From Candidatus Peribacteraceae bacterium (lineage in GTDB: Bacteria; Patescibacteriota; Gracilibacteria; Peribacterales; Peribacteraceae): DNA of 35,325 nucleotides. The stretch is from NCBI GenBank assembly GCA_035290085.1, contig DATDVK010000013.1, positions 1 through 35,325 on the forward strand, given 5' to 3'. Made by a program: the position numbers and the translations under genes. This document shows positions 17,598-26,016 of this stretch, piece after piece. Under the pieces are notes generated by a model. It was not told the DNA's origin. It made no database searches and saw only the letters and a program-made list of their open reading frames with translations. Within the stretch, counting starts at the first letter, position 1. Every line of letters begins with the position of its first letter.

Positions 17598-17983
17598 TCC
17601 CTAACCGCTCTCACACACAAACGAAGAACCGCTGCAATGTTGCGAGGAGGATGCGCATCCTTTCAGAGGTGCTCATTCTTCTCTCTGCTCTGTGATGTCG
17701 TGTTGTACATGGGAGGTTGCTGTACAACATGCCCATCCCTATTCCCCAGTGTTCACTGACCGCGCTTATGCCGAAGTTTAAACGAACCGGTACGGGGACC
17801 TCGCCGGGTTGCGAGGAAAAACAAGAAACCTCAACAAGGCAGAGAGCCGAGGACACCTCTCCTCAGTCATTCTCCGTTACACGGCTCAGCAGCGTCACTT
17901 TGTATCGTTGTTGATAGCCGAGGAGGATAGACAATACACAAACAAAGAAGGCCAGAGGTTATTTCTGGTCTTCTTTGCTGTGA

Positions 17984-18084
17984 AGAATAATAGGAATGAG
18001 AATAATAGGAATGGAGGGAAGCTGTGTCCCAAGAATCCAAGGTAGCCAAGGGCCAAATCCTGATACTCTCGTTCCTATTATTCT
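17984..18084. repeat. Intergenic AT-rich inverted repeat, family A (AGAATAATAGGAA), locus 1
   Basis: Tandem AGAATAATAGGAATG x2 (17984-17998 and 17999-18013) faces the inverted copy CGTTCCTATTATTCT (18070-18084). The element abuts the stop codon of the TPR gene. The spacer contains CCAAG(G) three times. Confidence 0.6.
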
Positions 18085-19387
18085 AAAGCTGCTTCATCCT
18101 CTCCTTTGCGCTCGTGAGGTACGGGTTTAAGTCCAGGGCCTTCGTGAGTGCCTGCTTCGCTTCATCCTTCCTGTCCGATTCCAGTGCTGCCCAGCCGAGC
18201 AGGTCGTGAGAGATGGCATCCTCCGGCCAGCGCTTCACTGCTTCCTGCGCCATGAAGAACGCCTCTTCTGCTCGCCCGAGCGCAATGCTTGCGGTCACAT
18301 ACCCTTCGTAGGGTTCTATGGTGGATTCAGGATCTTTGGTCAGTGCGTCGTACTGCTGCAGTGCCAGATCTGCGTTTCCACTCTGCAGTGCCGAGTTTGC
18401 AAGCTGCCGTCGCACTTCGGATTCGGGTTGGAAGCCATTCTGCAGTGCGTACTCAAAGAATGTCATGGCATTCTTGTGGTCGTTCAGGGCGGCGTAACTC
18501 CGTGCGAGGAAGTACTGGATCTCCGGTTTCTGAGGGTCGAGATTGTAGGCCTGTTCCAGAGAAGAGAGTGCCTGTTCGGGCCGTTCCGTTGTCAGTTCGC
18601 AGAATCCCTGCACTATCCACGCATCACGGTAGTCATCTTTTGCCTGTGTGACCTGCACGAGGAGCGGGAGGGCGAGCTCACATTCCTGCACCTGTGCCAG
18701 TGCCCGTGCGAGCAGTGTGATGAGGTGGATGTTCAGGCTCTCTTCAAAGAGGGCAAATTCCTGGTAGGCGGCCATGATGGTGCGGGCATTCGAGCGCAGC
18801 ACCGGTTCCCACCCATTGATCACTTCCTGCAATTCAATCTGTGCTTGTTCATGATTGCCCTCAATAATGGAGAGCAGGGCGAGGCCATAGTGTCTCTGCG
18901 GCGAATCTTCAGCGTTCTGCAGGAGCCTGCGTGCCTCAAGGAGTTCGCCGGTTCGCAGGGCAACGATACTTTCGAGCAGCAGGAGGTCTTCTGTTTTTGC
19001 TCCCGCTTTCTTCAGCTGCCTCAGAGTGGATTGTACACCGTTCATATCCCGGCGCTGCAGTTGTGCCTGTGCAAGTTTGCGGAGGGCCGGGAGTCCTCCG
19101 TTCGCGTCCACAGCTTTCTCGTATTCCTCCTGTGCTTCTGCCCATTGCCCGCGCAGGGCAAGCAGGTCTCCCTGTCGCAGGTGGAAGAGTGCCTGGTCTC
19201 GTGGGTCCACTGCAGCACTCACTGCAGTCGTTGTCTGCGGAATGACGGGGGTTTCCACTGTTTCTGTTGTCGCTCTTCGGAGGATTTCGGTTGACTGTGT
19301 CAATTGCCACCACAGGAAAGCCACCAGTGCTGCGGCGCAGAGGAGGGCACACACAATGGGGGCGGTGATGCGCGCGGGGAGGCTCAT
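18083..19387 (-). CDS. Membrane-anchored tetratricopeptide (TPR) repeat protein
   Basis: N-terminal TM (APIVCALLCAAALVAFLWW), then repeated A..Y..AL..NP-type TPR units such as ALSSLEQAYNLDPQKPEIQYFLARSY and AKQALTKALDLNPY. Confidence 0.8.
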   Translation of the reverse strand: MSLPARITAPIVCALLCAAALVAFLWWQLTQSTEILRRATTETVETPVIPQTTTAVSAAVDPRDQALFHLRQGDLLALRGQWAEAQEEYEKAVDANGGLPALRKLAQAQLQRRDMNGVQSTLRQLKKAGAKTEDLLLLESIVALRTGELLEARRLLQNAEDSPQRHYGLALLSIIEGNHEQAQIELQEVINGWEPVLRSNARTIMAAYQEFALFEESLNIHLITLLARALAQVQECELALPLLVQVTQAKDDYRDAWIVQGFCELTTERPEQALSSLEQAYNLDPQKPEIQYFLARSYAALNDHKNAMTFFEYALQNGFQPESEVRRQLANSALQSGNADLALQQYDALTKDPESTIEPYEGYVTASIALGRAEEAFFMAQEAVKRWPEDAISHDLLGWAALESDRKDEAKQALTKALDLNPYLTSAKERMKQL

Positions 19388-19403
19388 GTGTATCGAGGGA
19401 TGC

Positions 19404-20024
19404 TTACTCTTCGTGAACGGCGGGGCTCAGTTCTCCGTCTGCTTCTTCTACCGCTGCGTTCCCGACAGATCTGCGTGCTGCTGCTTCGGCGAGTTGTTTC
19501 GGAATAACGGCTTCTATCGCTCCCCATTTTGCGTCCTCTCCTTCCGGGAGAAGAATGGTGATCTGGTCGCCAACTTCTGCACGGTAGAATGTGACTGAAG
19601 CGAGGAGCACACGGTAGACTTTGCCTCCAACCAGCACTTTGTACTGGCCGTCCTCCTGAATGAGAACGCCTATTGCAGAGAGTCTCTTCACAGGTGCGAT
19701 CTGCTTGTAGATGAACTTTCCCTCATCGGTAATCGTGAGTTTCATACCGTCTCCTTCCACGAGCTTGCTCTTGCTGGCGTAGTTGGCAGGAACCGGATAC
19801 GTCTGCCCGTTCGCGTCCACCATATTCTGCCCGTCGAAGATGCCTTCTACTACTTTCCCGCTCACCGAGGAAGAGACATGCATTGCCCCTGCTCTTTCCG
19901 AGTGCCTTTCCAGACTTGTGTCTGTTACTCCTGTGATCGAACGCAGGAGGGCTTGTGCGGTTCTGAGTGATGATTCCGCTGATTCTATCAGTTCCTGAAT
20001 GTGGAGGAGTGTGTCTTCGGACAT
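19404..20024 (-). CDS. Hypothetical protein (206 aa)
   Basis: Start at ATG 20024 (MSEDTLLHIQELIESAE). An N-terminal helix is followed by two beta-rich segments. It sits between the PfkB and TPR genes with 16-26 nt gaps. Confidence 0.6.
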   Translation of the reverse strand: MSEDTLLHIQELIESAESSLRTAQALLRSITGVTDTSLERHSERAGAMHVSSSVSGKVVEGIFDGQNMVDANGQTYPVPANYASKSKLVEGDGMKLTITDEGKFIYKQIAPVKRLSAIGVLIQEDGQYKVLVGGKVYRVLLASVTFYRAEVGDQITILLPEGEDAKWGAIEAVIPKQLAEAAARRSVGNAAVEEADGELSPAVHEE

Positions 20025-20050
20025 GATGTTTGAGAGGAAAGGGGCGAGAG

Positions 20051-21046
20051 CTACAGAGGCTGAACATCCACGTCGAGTTTTGTCTCTTTGAGCCTGCGTT
20101 GCATCTCGGTATCTGTGAGGAGTCCCGCCTGGGCGCCAATGGTCCCTACGACACTCGCTGCATTTATGGTACCCGCGCGCAGCGCTTCTGACAAGGGAAG
20201 GCCGCTTAAGAGAGCCCATGTCATGCCTGTGCCGAAGGCGTCCCCTGCACCTGTGGTATCGATGACTTCATTGTCTTCCACCACAGGGCAGTGGTAGAGG
20301 TTCTTTCCGTCGGATGCGTCGGTTCCATTCTTTCCGTCGGTGACGACGACGTTCTTCACTCCTTTCTTCAGGAGTGTTTTGATGGTTTCTTTCACTGTTT
20401 CTGCCTTTGAGAACTTCAGGGCTTCCCCTTTGTTCAGCTGCAGCAGAGTTGTCCGTGCCAGCAGCGCGGAATTGTTCGCTGCTTCCATGCCTGCCTCTAT
20501 CTGGCATCCTCCCGGGTTCCATGTGAGGCGGGGGCCGTCCTTCTGTGCAAGCATGCCGATGATGTCATCCTCTATGACACAACTCTGTTCCTGGATGTGA
20601 TTGAGATACACCCAGTCTGTTTTCCCCGCACGTTCCCGGTCGAATGTTGCATCGTGGAGATGCTCATTTGTACCCGGGTCGTAGAGAATGACACGTTCTC
20701 CCGAGTTTGCTGAGAGGATGATAGAAAAACTGGAAACCTCTCCTTCCACGACGGTGAGGCAGCCTGTGTCTACCCCTTCACGTTCGAGATTGAGCCGCAG
20801 TTTCTCCCCCCACTGGTCGTCTCCAATGATTCCGCAGAATCCCGCACTGCAACCAAGACGGGCGAGTCCGACTGCCGTATTAGAGGCGCCCCCGCCGCAG
20901 GTTTCTATGACTTCCTGCACGCGGATTTTGTCGCCGAGTGGCAGCTTGAGAGCATGTTCACCGCTATAGGCTTCTACGGTGCTGCGGTCGAGCCGCACAA
21001 AGACATCGTAGGTGGCTCCACCGATGGAGATGGTTCGCAGAGACAT
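20051..21046 (-). CDS. PfkB-family carbohydrate kinase (ribokinase-like)
   Basis: GGGASNTAVGLARLG (signature 1 region) and DTTGAGDAFGTG (signature 2). The substrate cannot be assigned. Confidence 0.85.
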   Translation of the reverse strand: MSLRTISIGGATYDVFVRLDRSTVEAYSGEHALKLPLGDKIRVQEVIETCGGGASNTAVGLARLGCSAGFCGIIGDDQWGEKLRLNLEREGVDTGCLTVVEGEVSSFSIILSANSGERVILYDPGTNEHLHDATFDRERAGKTDWVYLNHIQEQSCVIEDDIIGMLAQKDGPRLTWNPGGCQIEAGMEAANNSALLARTTLLQLNKGEALKFSKAETVKETIKTLLKKGVKNVVVTDGKNGTDASDGKNLYHCPVVEDNEVIDTTGAGDAFGTGMTWALLSGLPLSEALRAGTINAASVVGTIGAQAGLLTDTEMQRRLKETKLDVDVQPL

Positions 21047-21052
21047 GGTTTC

Positions 21053-23515
21053 TTATGTTCGGTTATAGTGGGATTCCATCGCCTGCAGAAAGGCTGTAGT
21101 TGCATGCAGCTTGCGGCGGCGATTCCAGAAGAACATCAGGCCTGCGGCTGCGCTTCCTGCGAGTGCCCACCACGCGATGGTGGGAAGGCCTGTTGCTGCG
21201 GTGTGCGGAGCGCTCCGGTGCGCATCTGGCGGGGCAACGGTTGCTGTCGTTGTGTGTGTGATTGTTCGTATGGTCGTGTCGAACGGCACCTCGTCTCCTG
21301 GAGTGATGCTGAATCCTTGTCCGTTGGGAGTGCCTTCAGCGGTTGCTGAGAGATCTTCTATGATCTGTCCTGTCACATCCACTGGCGTGAGCTTCAGATA
21401 GTACTTCACCTCATTGATGAGGTTTCTGAGGGTGTAGTTCCTCAGTTCGCTGTTGAGGAATCTCTTCTCGGTGAACTTCTCCGGTTCCGCCCCGTATTCA
21501 AGGATGAAGGAAGAGAGGGGAGTCTCCGTTGCAAGAGTGGACCAGTCGATGAGCAGGCTGGCATCCTGCGGGGTCACGGCGAGACGTATCCCTTTCACCA
21601 TGGCGGAAACAATATCGAACTCAGCGCTCTCCCGATTGGCTTCCAGTGCAGTGACAGAGAAGAAGTACTCTGTTCCGGGCCGCAGGCCGGCTACCTGTGC
21701 TGCGGTAGTGAGCATCTCTGTATCGAGGCTGAAGTCGAATTGCATTGGTGATTCTCCCACATAGATGCGGTAGGCATCGATCTTCTCGCTCACGATGGGA
21801 TCCCACTGGAGTGTTACAGCATTGATCTCCGAGAGTGCTTGTATGTTTTGCACTTTGGGCAGCCCCTTCTGGTCTACTTCCAGGGACATCGTATGCTGGG
21901 CGGAGTTCCCCGCGCTGTCCGCCACGGATACCAGCACCTGGTGGATGCCTGCGGCGGGAGCTGTGAAGAGGTGTTGGTAGGTGCCTGGCTGATCGGGGAC
22001 TGATTCCAGGGGAGTGGGGGCCCCTGCGAATTGTGCTGCGATCTCGGCAATGTTCTCTTCCGTATGCACGACGAGGAGCACATTCGTATTCTCCACAGGC
22101 TTTTCGGGAGAAAAAGTTGCGTCGATGATTGCCGGTGGCTGGTTGTCGAGATAGATGGTGAATTCTCCCGAATCCAGTCTGCCGAGTCCATCCTTGTCCT
22201 TCACCCGGAGAACGTGCTCCGTCTGGTCTGTACGGAGCGGCACGGGGATAGAGAAAGCGCCATTGATATCCGTATCGCCCTCTGCATCTCCTCTTCCTCC
22301 TGTGACAATGAGGTTCACGAAGGGCTCGGATGTCCCGGCCACTGTTACCTGTGGGATGTTGACCGTACTCCCTGCCGTAGGTGAGCTGACCAGAATTTTC
22401 TTCGCGCCGCCTGTAGTACTGTCCCCCCCTGTGACTGTGACGTATGCCTGTCCGCTGATGTCTGAATTCTGGCTATCTTCAGCATAGAGGATGTGTTCGT
22501 CCGCAGTGCGAAAACGCAGGCCAAGCGTGAGTACTTTCTCCCCGAGGTTCCTTGGCTCGAACGGCACTTCTCCGCTCACGGGCAGGAATGCAAGAGGGTC
22601 TGTGGACGAGAGGTAGACGGTACCGGTGTAGTCCTCAACGCGGTTGCCGTTTCTGTCCACTGCCGTGATGCGGATCGTGGCATCTTCGTTCACCTCCAGC
22701 TCTGCTGGAGCGGTGATTTCAAAATGGTCCACGAGGCCGAATTGCGTAGTGACCTGACCGTAGAGATTCCGACCAAGCACATTCGCGGCAAAGTTGTTGC
22801 CATTCTGTGCTCCATAGAGCTGCCGGTTCCCTGCAGTTGCAGACTGTGGACCGCCAACAGCTCTTCCCAACGTACCGGCGTACACCGCTGCTTCAGCGTC
22901 GATGAGTGTGCCGCTGAGCAAATCTATCGCTCTCAGGAAAATGGTTCCTTCCTCTCTGGTGGAGAGGGAAAAATTCTGTATTCCCCCTTCGTCCGTTTCA
23001 CTCTGCAGTGAAGAAATCCGGTCACCTGCACGACTGGAGATGAGCTTCAGTGGCCTGCTGGGCAGGGGATTTCCAAACTGATCGCGGAGGATGACGACAA
23101 TGTCCACTGTGTCTGTTCCTGTCGGCATTAGCACGTCGCTGCTGAGCTGGATACTGCTCGTGAGAGGACTGATGCTGTCAGGCAGAACTTCGAATGTGGT
23201 GGATATTCTCAGGTCGGTGCCTTCCTGTCCCAGGCTCACCCGGTACATACCGGCAATCTCGGTGTCTCTTCCCTTGAGCTGGAAAGTGGCGTTCCCTTCA
23301 TCGTCTGTTTGCACCGGGAGGGCCATCTCCACGCCGAGCGGGGGAGTAATCACTACTGTGAACTCTGCACGCTGCTCTGCCCCGAGAACAGCGATGTCTG
23401 TTCCCAGTCCTGCGACTGAATCATCTGCACGGAGGGCCACTGCTGCATAGGCGATGTGTGGCAGCAGCATCGTCAGTGCAACGATGGCGGGGAGCTGTCT
23501 TTTCATAAAAATCAT
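21053..23515 (-). CDS. Large surface protein with Ig-like and fibronectin type III domains and a C-terminal TM anchor
   Basis: Signal peptide (MKRQLPAIVALTMLLPHIAYA). Big_1-like segment (DTVDIVVILRDQFGNPLPSRPLKL). Two FN3-like units (VTLQWDP...YRIYVG...PGTEYFFSVTA). C-terminal hydrophobic helix plus RRRK. Confidence 0.75.
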   Translation of the reverse strand: MIFMKRQLPAIVALTMLLPHIAYAAVALRADDSVAGLGTDIAVLGAEQRAEFTVVITPPLGVEMALPVQTDDEGNATFQLKGRDTEIAGMYRVSLGQEGTDLRISTTFEVLPDSISPLTSSIQLSSDVLMPTGTDTVDIVVILRDQFGNPLPSRPLKLISSRAGDRISSLQSETDEGGIQNFSLSTREEGTIFLRAIDLLSGTLIDAEAAVYAGTLGRAVGGPQSATAGNRQLYGAQNGNNFAANVLGRNLYGQVTTQFGLVDHFEITAPAELEVNEDATIRITAVDRNGNRVEDYTGTVYLSSTDPLAFLPVSGEVPFEPRNLGEKVLTLGLRFRTADEHILYAEDSQNSDISGQAYVTVTGGDSTTGGAKKILVSSPTAGSTVNIPQVTVAGTSEPFVNLIVTGGRGDAEGDTDINGAFSIPVPLRTDQTEHVLRVKDKDGLGRLDSGEFTIYLDNQPPAIIDATFSPEKPVENTNVLLVVHTEENIAEIAAQFAGAPTPLESVPDQPGTYQHLFTAPAAGIHQVLVSVADSAGNSAQHTMSLEVDQKGLPKVQNIQALSEINAVTLQWDPIVSEKIDAYRIYVGESPMQFDFSLDTEMLTTAAQVAGLRPGTEYFFSVTALEANRESAEFDIVSAMVKGIRLAVTPQDASLLIDWSTLATETPLSSFILEYGAEPEKFTEKRFLNSELRNYTLRNLINEVKYYLKLTPVDVTGQIIEDLSATAEGTPNGQGFSITPGDEVPFDTTIRTITHTTTATVAPPDAHRSAPHTAATGLPTIAWWALAGSAAAGLMFFWNRRRKLHATTAFLQAMESHYNRT

Positions 23516-23659
23516 ACTATTGTACCAGTTTGAGCCATTTTCCTCAATTCACGAATAGAATTTCTACAACCTTTTCACTATCTGTCTATCACGTTTGTAC
23601 CGTGTCTGAGAGTGCCAGACCTTCTCATCTGTTTCTGAGACGCGTAGGATACTGTCCAT

Positions 23660-24232
23660 ATGAAAAATCGCGTGTTTGCTCTCACAATGACGGTTGTCGC
23701 TCTCACTGCCTGCAGCGGCGGAGACAGCGGTGGCATTGCCTGCAAGGAAGATTACTGGGATGGCGTGTTCGGGACGTGTCTCCCAAGTGACTGGGTGGTG
23801 ATAGACGCAGAGACGCTCCGGCAGCGTGGTGTGCCGCAGGACACTATTGTGGCGTTCCAGAGCACCATCCCTCTCTCCGGCCAGTTCCCGACGGTTGCGG
23901 TAACGCGGGAGGTACTCGCAAGCGTCGTGTCTGCTCAAGCGTACAGCGAAGCGAGTGTGCGGGCTGTCACGGTGCTCCCCGGCTATGAGGAACTCGACAC
24001 GCGGGACCTCCGTGTGGCGGAAGAGAAAGTAAAATTGCATGTGTTCAAAGCACAGCCCACCGCAGATGAACCGCTTCGCCGGTTCTACCAGGTGAGTACG
24101 GTGTCGGATGGAATGGGGTACAGCATCACCGCGACCACGCCTGTCTCTGTGGAAGCCGATCTCGAGAACCAGGTGCTGCTCATCCTGCGGGAGTCTGTGT
24201 TTGCAGAGAAAGCTGCAGCGCAGAAAGAGTAA
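23660..24232 (+). CDS. Hypothetical lipoprotein
   Basis: Lipobox MKNRVFALTMTVVALTAC|SGG. No family recognised. Confidence 0.7.
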   Translation: MKNRVFALTMTVVALTACSGGDSGGIACKEDYWDGVFGTCLPSDWVVIDAETLRQRGVPQDTIVAFQSTIPLSGQFPTVAVTREVLASVVSAQAYSEASVRAVTVLPGYEELDTRDLRVAEEKVKLHVFKAQPTADEPLRRFYQVSTVSDGMGYSITATTPVSVEADLENQVLLILRESVFAEKAAAQKE

Positions 24233-24240
24233 GAGGGATA

Positions 24241-24317
24241 AGAGTAATAGAATACTAGGGATGAGGGCTCCTGTTCGTCCCACTTCGCTTTCCTAGTATT
24301 CTCGTTCCTAATACTCT
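24241..24317. repeat. Intergenic inverted repeat, family A, locus 2
   Basis: AGAATACTAGG (24249-24259) pairs with CCTAGTATTCT (24292-24302). It is flanked by AGAGTAATAG (24241-24250) and CCTAATACTCT (24307-24317). The element follows the lipoprotein stop. Confidence 0.55.
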
Positions 24318-24366
24318 CGTCTCTCTTTCCTCATTTTCTCTCTTGTTCTATTCTCACCACACTCGT

Positions 24367-24441
24367 GGTGCCGTAGCCAAGTAGTAAGGCAGGGGTCTGC
24401 AAAACCCCCATACGTGGGTGCAATTCCCACCGGCACCTCCA
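24367..24441 (+). tRNA. tRNA-Cys (anticodon GCA), CCA encoded
   Basis: Cloverleaf: acceptor GGTGCCG/CGGCACC, anticodon arm GGGGT-CTGCAAA-ACCCC, T arm GTGGG-TGCAATT-CCCAC, discriminator T plus CCA. The T loop has G where the near-universal U55 is expected. Confidence 0.85.
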
Positions 24442-24786
24442 CAGTTGAATTGCAGACGAACAAGGAGCCGAAGGCGACGCAGGGAGTCGCAAGATACTGT
24501 GTGCTGAGCGAATCCGCGAAGCGGATGAGCGCAGTACTACACAGAGCAGGATGTTATGAATGCAAAAGCGAAGATACTGTGTCCCCGAAGCTCGCGGAGC
24601 GAGTGAAGGGGGACTGTGTGGACTAGATGTCAGGCCGTAGTCCGCCGACTTGTCCCTCGTAGCCCAAATGGCGAAGTGGGAAGGCGGACGGAGGAGGGCA
24701 AAACAGCAACAAACAATGTCGGCAAGCCATCAGCCTTTGCTCTGCGGAGCTACGGCCGACCAGTCAAGTGCACAGGTGGGCATATT
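24442..24786. other. 345-nt non-coding, helix-rich region (candidate ncRNA or decayed att/arm-site region)
   Basis: No credible ORF. Nested helices: GGCCGTAG (24633-24640)/CTACGGCC (24750-24757) and GTCCGCC (24640-24646)/GGCGGAC (24683-24689). Hairpin at 24581-24614. The direct repeat AAGATACTGTGT occurs at 24491-24502 and 24571-24582. Confidence 0.3.
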
Positions 24787-25785
24787 CTACGAATTCCTTC
24801 TGTCTTCGGTTGGCAAGTCCCGTCGCACACACTTCAGTACGTTCTCTCTTGCCAAATTCTGTATCACTCCTGTGAGAAACGTTTCAAATACCTGACGGCG
24901 ATCGAAATCACTCAGTATACCCATCAGCCTCTTTCCCTCCTGCGGATCAGCGATAGGAATACCGTACGGATACTCAACGACATGCAATCTTCTTTCTGCA
25001 TCCTCCACCTCATCCAAACCAACTTTGATGGGCGTTTGCCGGTTCTGAGAGATTTGGTGATCCGTAAGCGCTTTGAGGACTACCAGAAGATTTTCCATGG
25101 TTGGAACATAGATCTTCCTCCCGGTTTGCAGATGTTCCTCCATTTTCTTTGAAACGACCAGCCCGTTAAGGGCCAGCCTTATCGCGCCGCGATCAATGAT
25201 GAATTTTCCGGTTTGAACGGCCGCTTGTTCCGTTTCCTCACTCGTCATCTCCACTCCGCCGAACATTGCATAGCCAATCCACGGAATTCCGGAAGATGAA
25301 AGTCTGGAAACGGCGGCATCAATATCCCTCATCGTCACCTCTTTCTGATGCCGCAATAACAGTTCGTCATCCGCATACTCCACTGCGACTCTTATGCGCA
25401 GTTCCTTACCCAAAAGATTCTTTCGGATCATCTGGAGTTTTTCCCATGTCGAATCCAACAGAAGATATTCGACTCCGACTTCGAATTCGAGTGCATTGCA
25501 AGCGGGACTGTTTGCCACTGCCGTTGGAACATCCTCAAGAATAGTACGGGGATGCATTTCAGCCGGATGAAACATGTTGCCATCATTGGTGATGAAGAGA
25601 ACTTTGGCATCCCCCGCCACGCTTTGATTGACTCTCCTTGCAACAGCCTCCTGCCATTGGTCATCGATCTTCAGACCCGGCACACCGGTACCCGCATACA
25701 CACAAAAACCACAAGACTTTTTTTTCTTGCAGCCGGAGGGAGGAACCGTGAGATAACAAAAAGTTTCTTCGTTGATGTTGATCAC
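24787..25785 (-). CDS. Radical-SAM-like Fe-S enzyme with non-canonical C-x6-C-x2-C cluster motif (tentative, COG1244-like)
   Basis: The N-terminus reads LTVPPSGCKKKKSCGFCVYAGTG, followed by alternating beta/alpha pattern consistent with a partial TIM barrel. By eye it is lower in GC than its flanks. The family assignment is from memory and is not verified. Confidence 0.5.
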   Translation of the reverse strand: MININEETFCYLTVPPSGCKKKKSCGFCVYAGTGVPGLKIDDQWQEAVARRVNQSVAGDAKVLFITNDGNMFHPAEMHPRTILEDVPTAVANSPACNALEFEVGVEYLLLDSTWEKLQMIRKNLLGKELRIRVAVEYADDELLLRHQKEVTMRDIDAAVSRLSSSGIPWIGYAMFGGVEMTSEETEQAAVQTGKFIIDRGAIRLALNGLVVSKKMEEHLQTGRKIYVPTMENLLVVLKALTDHQISQNRQTPIKVGLDEVEDAERRLHVVEYPYGIPIADPQEGKRLMGILSDFDRRQVFETFLTGVIQNLARENVLKCVRRDLPTEDRRNS

Positions 25786-25926
25786 GGACTCGAAGAATTC
25801 CGCATCGAGATCGGGTGATTCGCATTGCCGAAGATGGGATGGGAGTTCAGACAGAGAAATGAGGTAATTACGCGCGGGAGGGATAGGTTATGAATGGCAA
25901 ATTTTCTGTCAAATTCATATCTCTTG

Positions 25927-26010
25927 ATTGGCTTATAAAAGCCAATATTTGTGCTAGTTTTTCTTAGTAATGACACTATTGTTGTCACTTTCTTGTTCAT
26001 ATAGTATTCT
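25927..26010 (+). promoter_or_regulatory. Divergent control region: palindromes and a trmB-like promoter
   Basis: ATTGGCTT-ATAA-AAGCCAAT (25927-25946). TGACA-N7-TGTCA (25971-25987) overlaps the -35 TTGTCA (25982-25987). A 17-nt spacer leads to -10 TATTCT (26005-26010), which is 6 nt from ATG 26017. Confidence 0.35.
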
Positions 26011-26016
26011 CAAGCC

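Noticed and set aside
17984-18013. CRISPR-like array (tandem 15-bp AGAATAATAGGAATG).
   Set aside because: There are only two directly abutting copies, no spacers and no cas genes. They form one arm of the family A inverted repeat.
17468-18082. Assigning this region or 24442-24786 to RNase P RNA, SRP RNA or 6S RNA.
   Set aside because: I could not find the diagnostic conserved strings on either strand, such as GGAAAGUCC for RNase P or the GGAA-tetraloop/AGCAGCC helix 8 of SRP RNA. Identity is left open rather than asserted.
23400-23515. LPXTG sortase signal in the large surface protein (C-terminal TGLPTIAWW...RRRK, encoded near 21110-21200).
   Set aside because: The sequence LPTIA does not fit LPXTG, and about 20 further residues follow the basic patch. 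It is called only as a C-terminal TM anchor.
24414-24626. 70-aa ORF overlapping the 3' half of tRNA-Cys, and other short ORFs in 24442-24900(+).
   Set aside because: They overlap a tRNA or run antisense to the radical-SAM-like gene. They have no motifs, and the region is better explained as non-coding.
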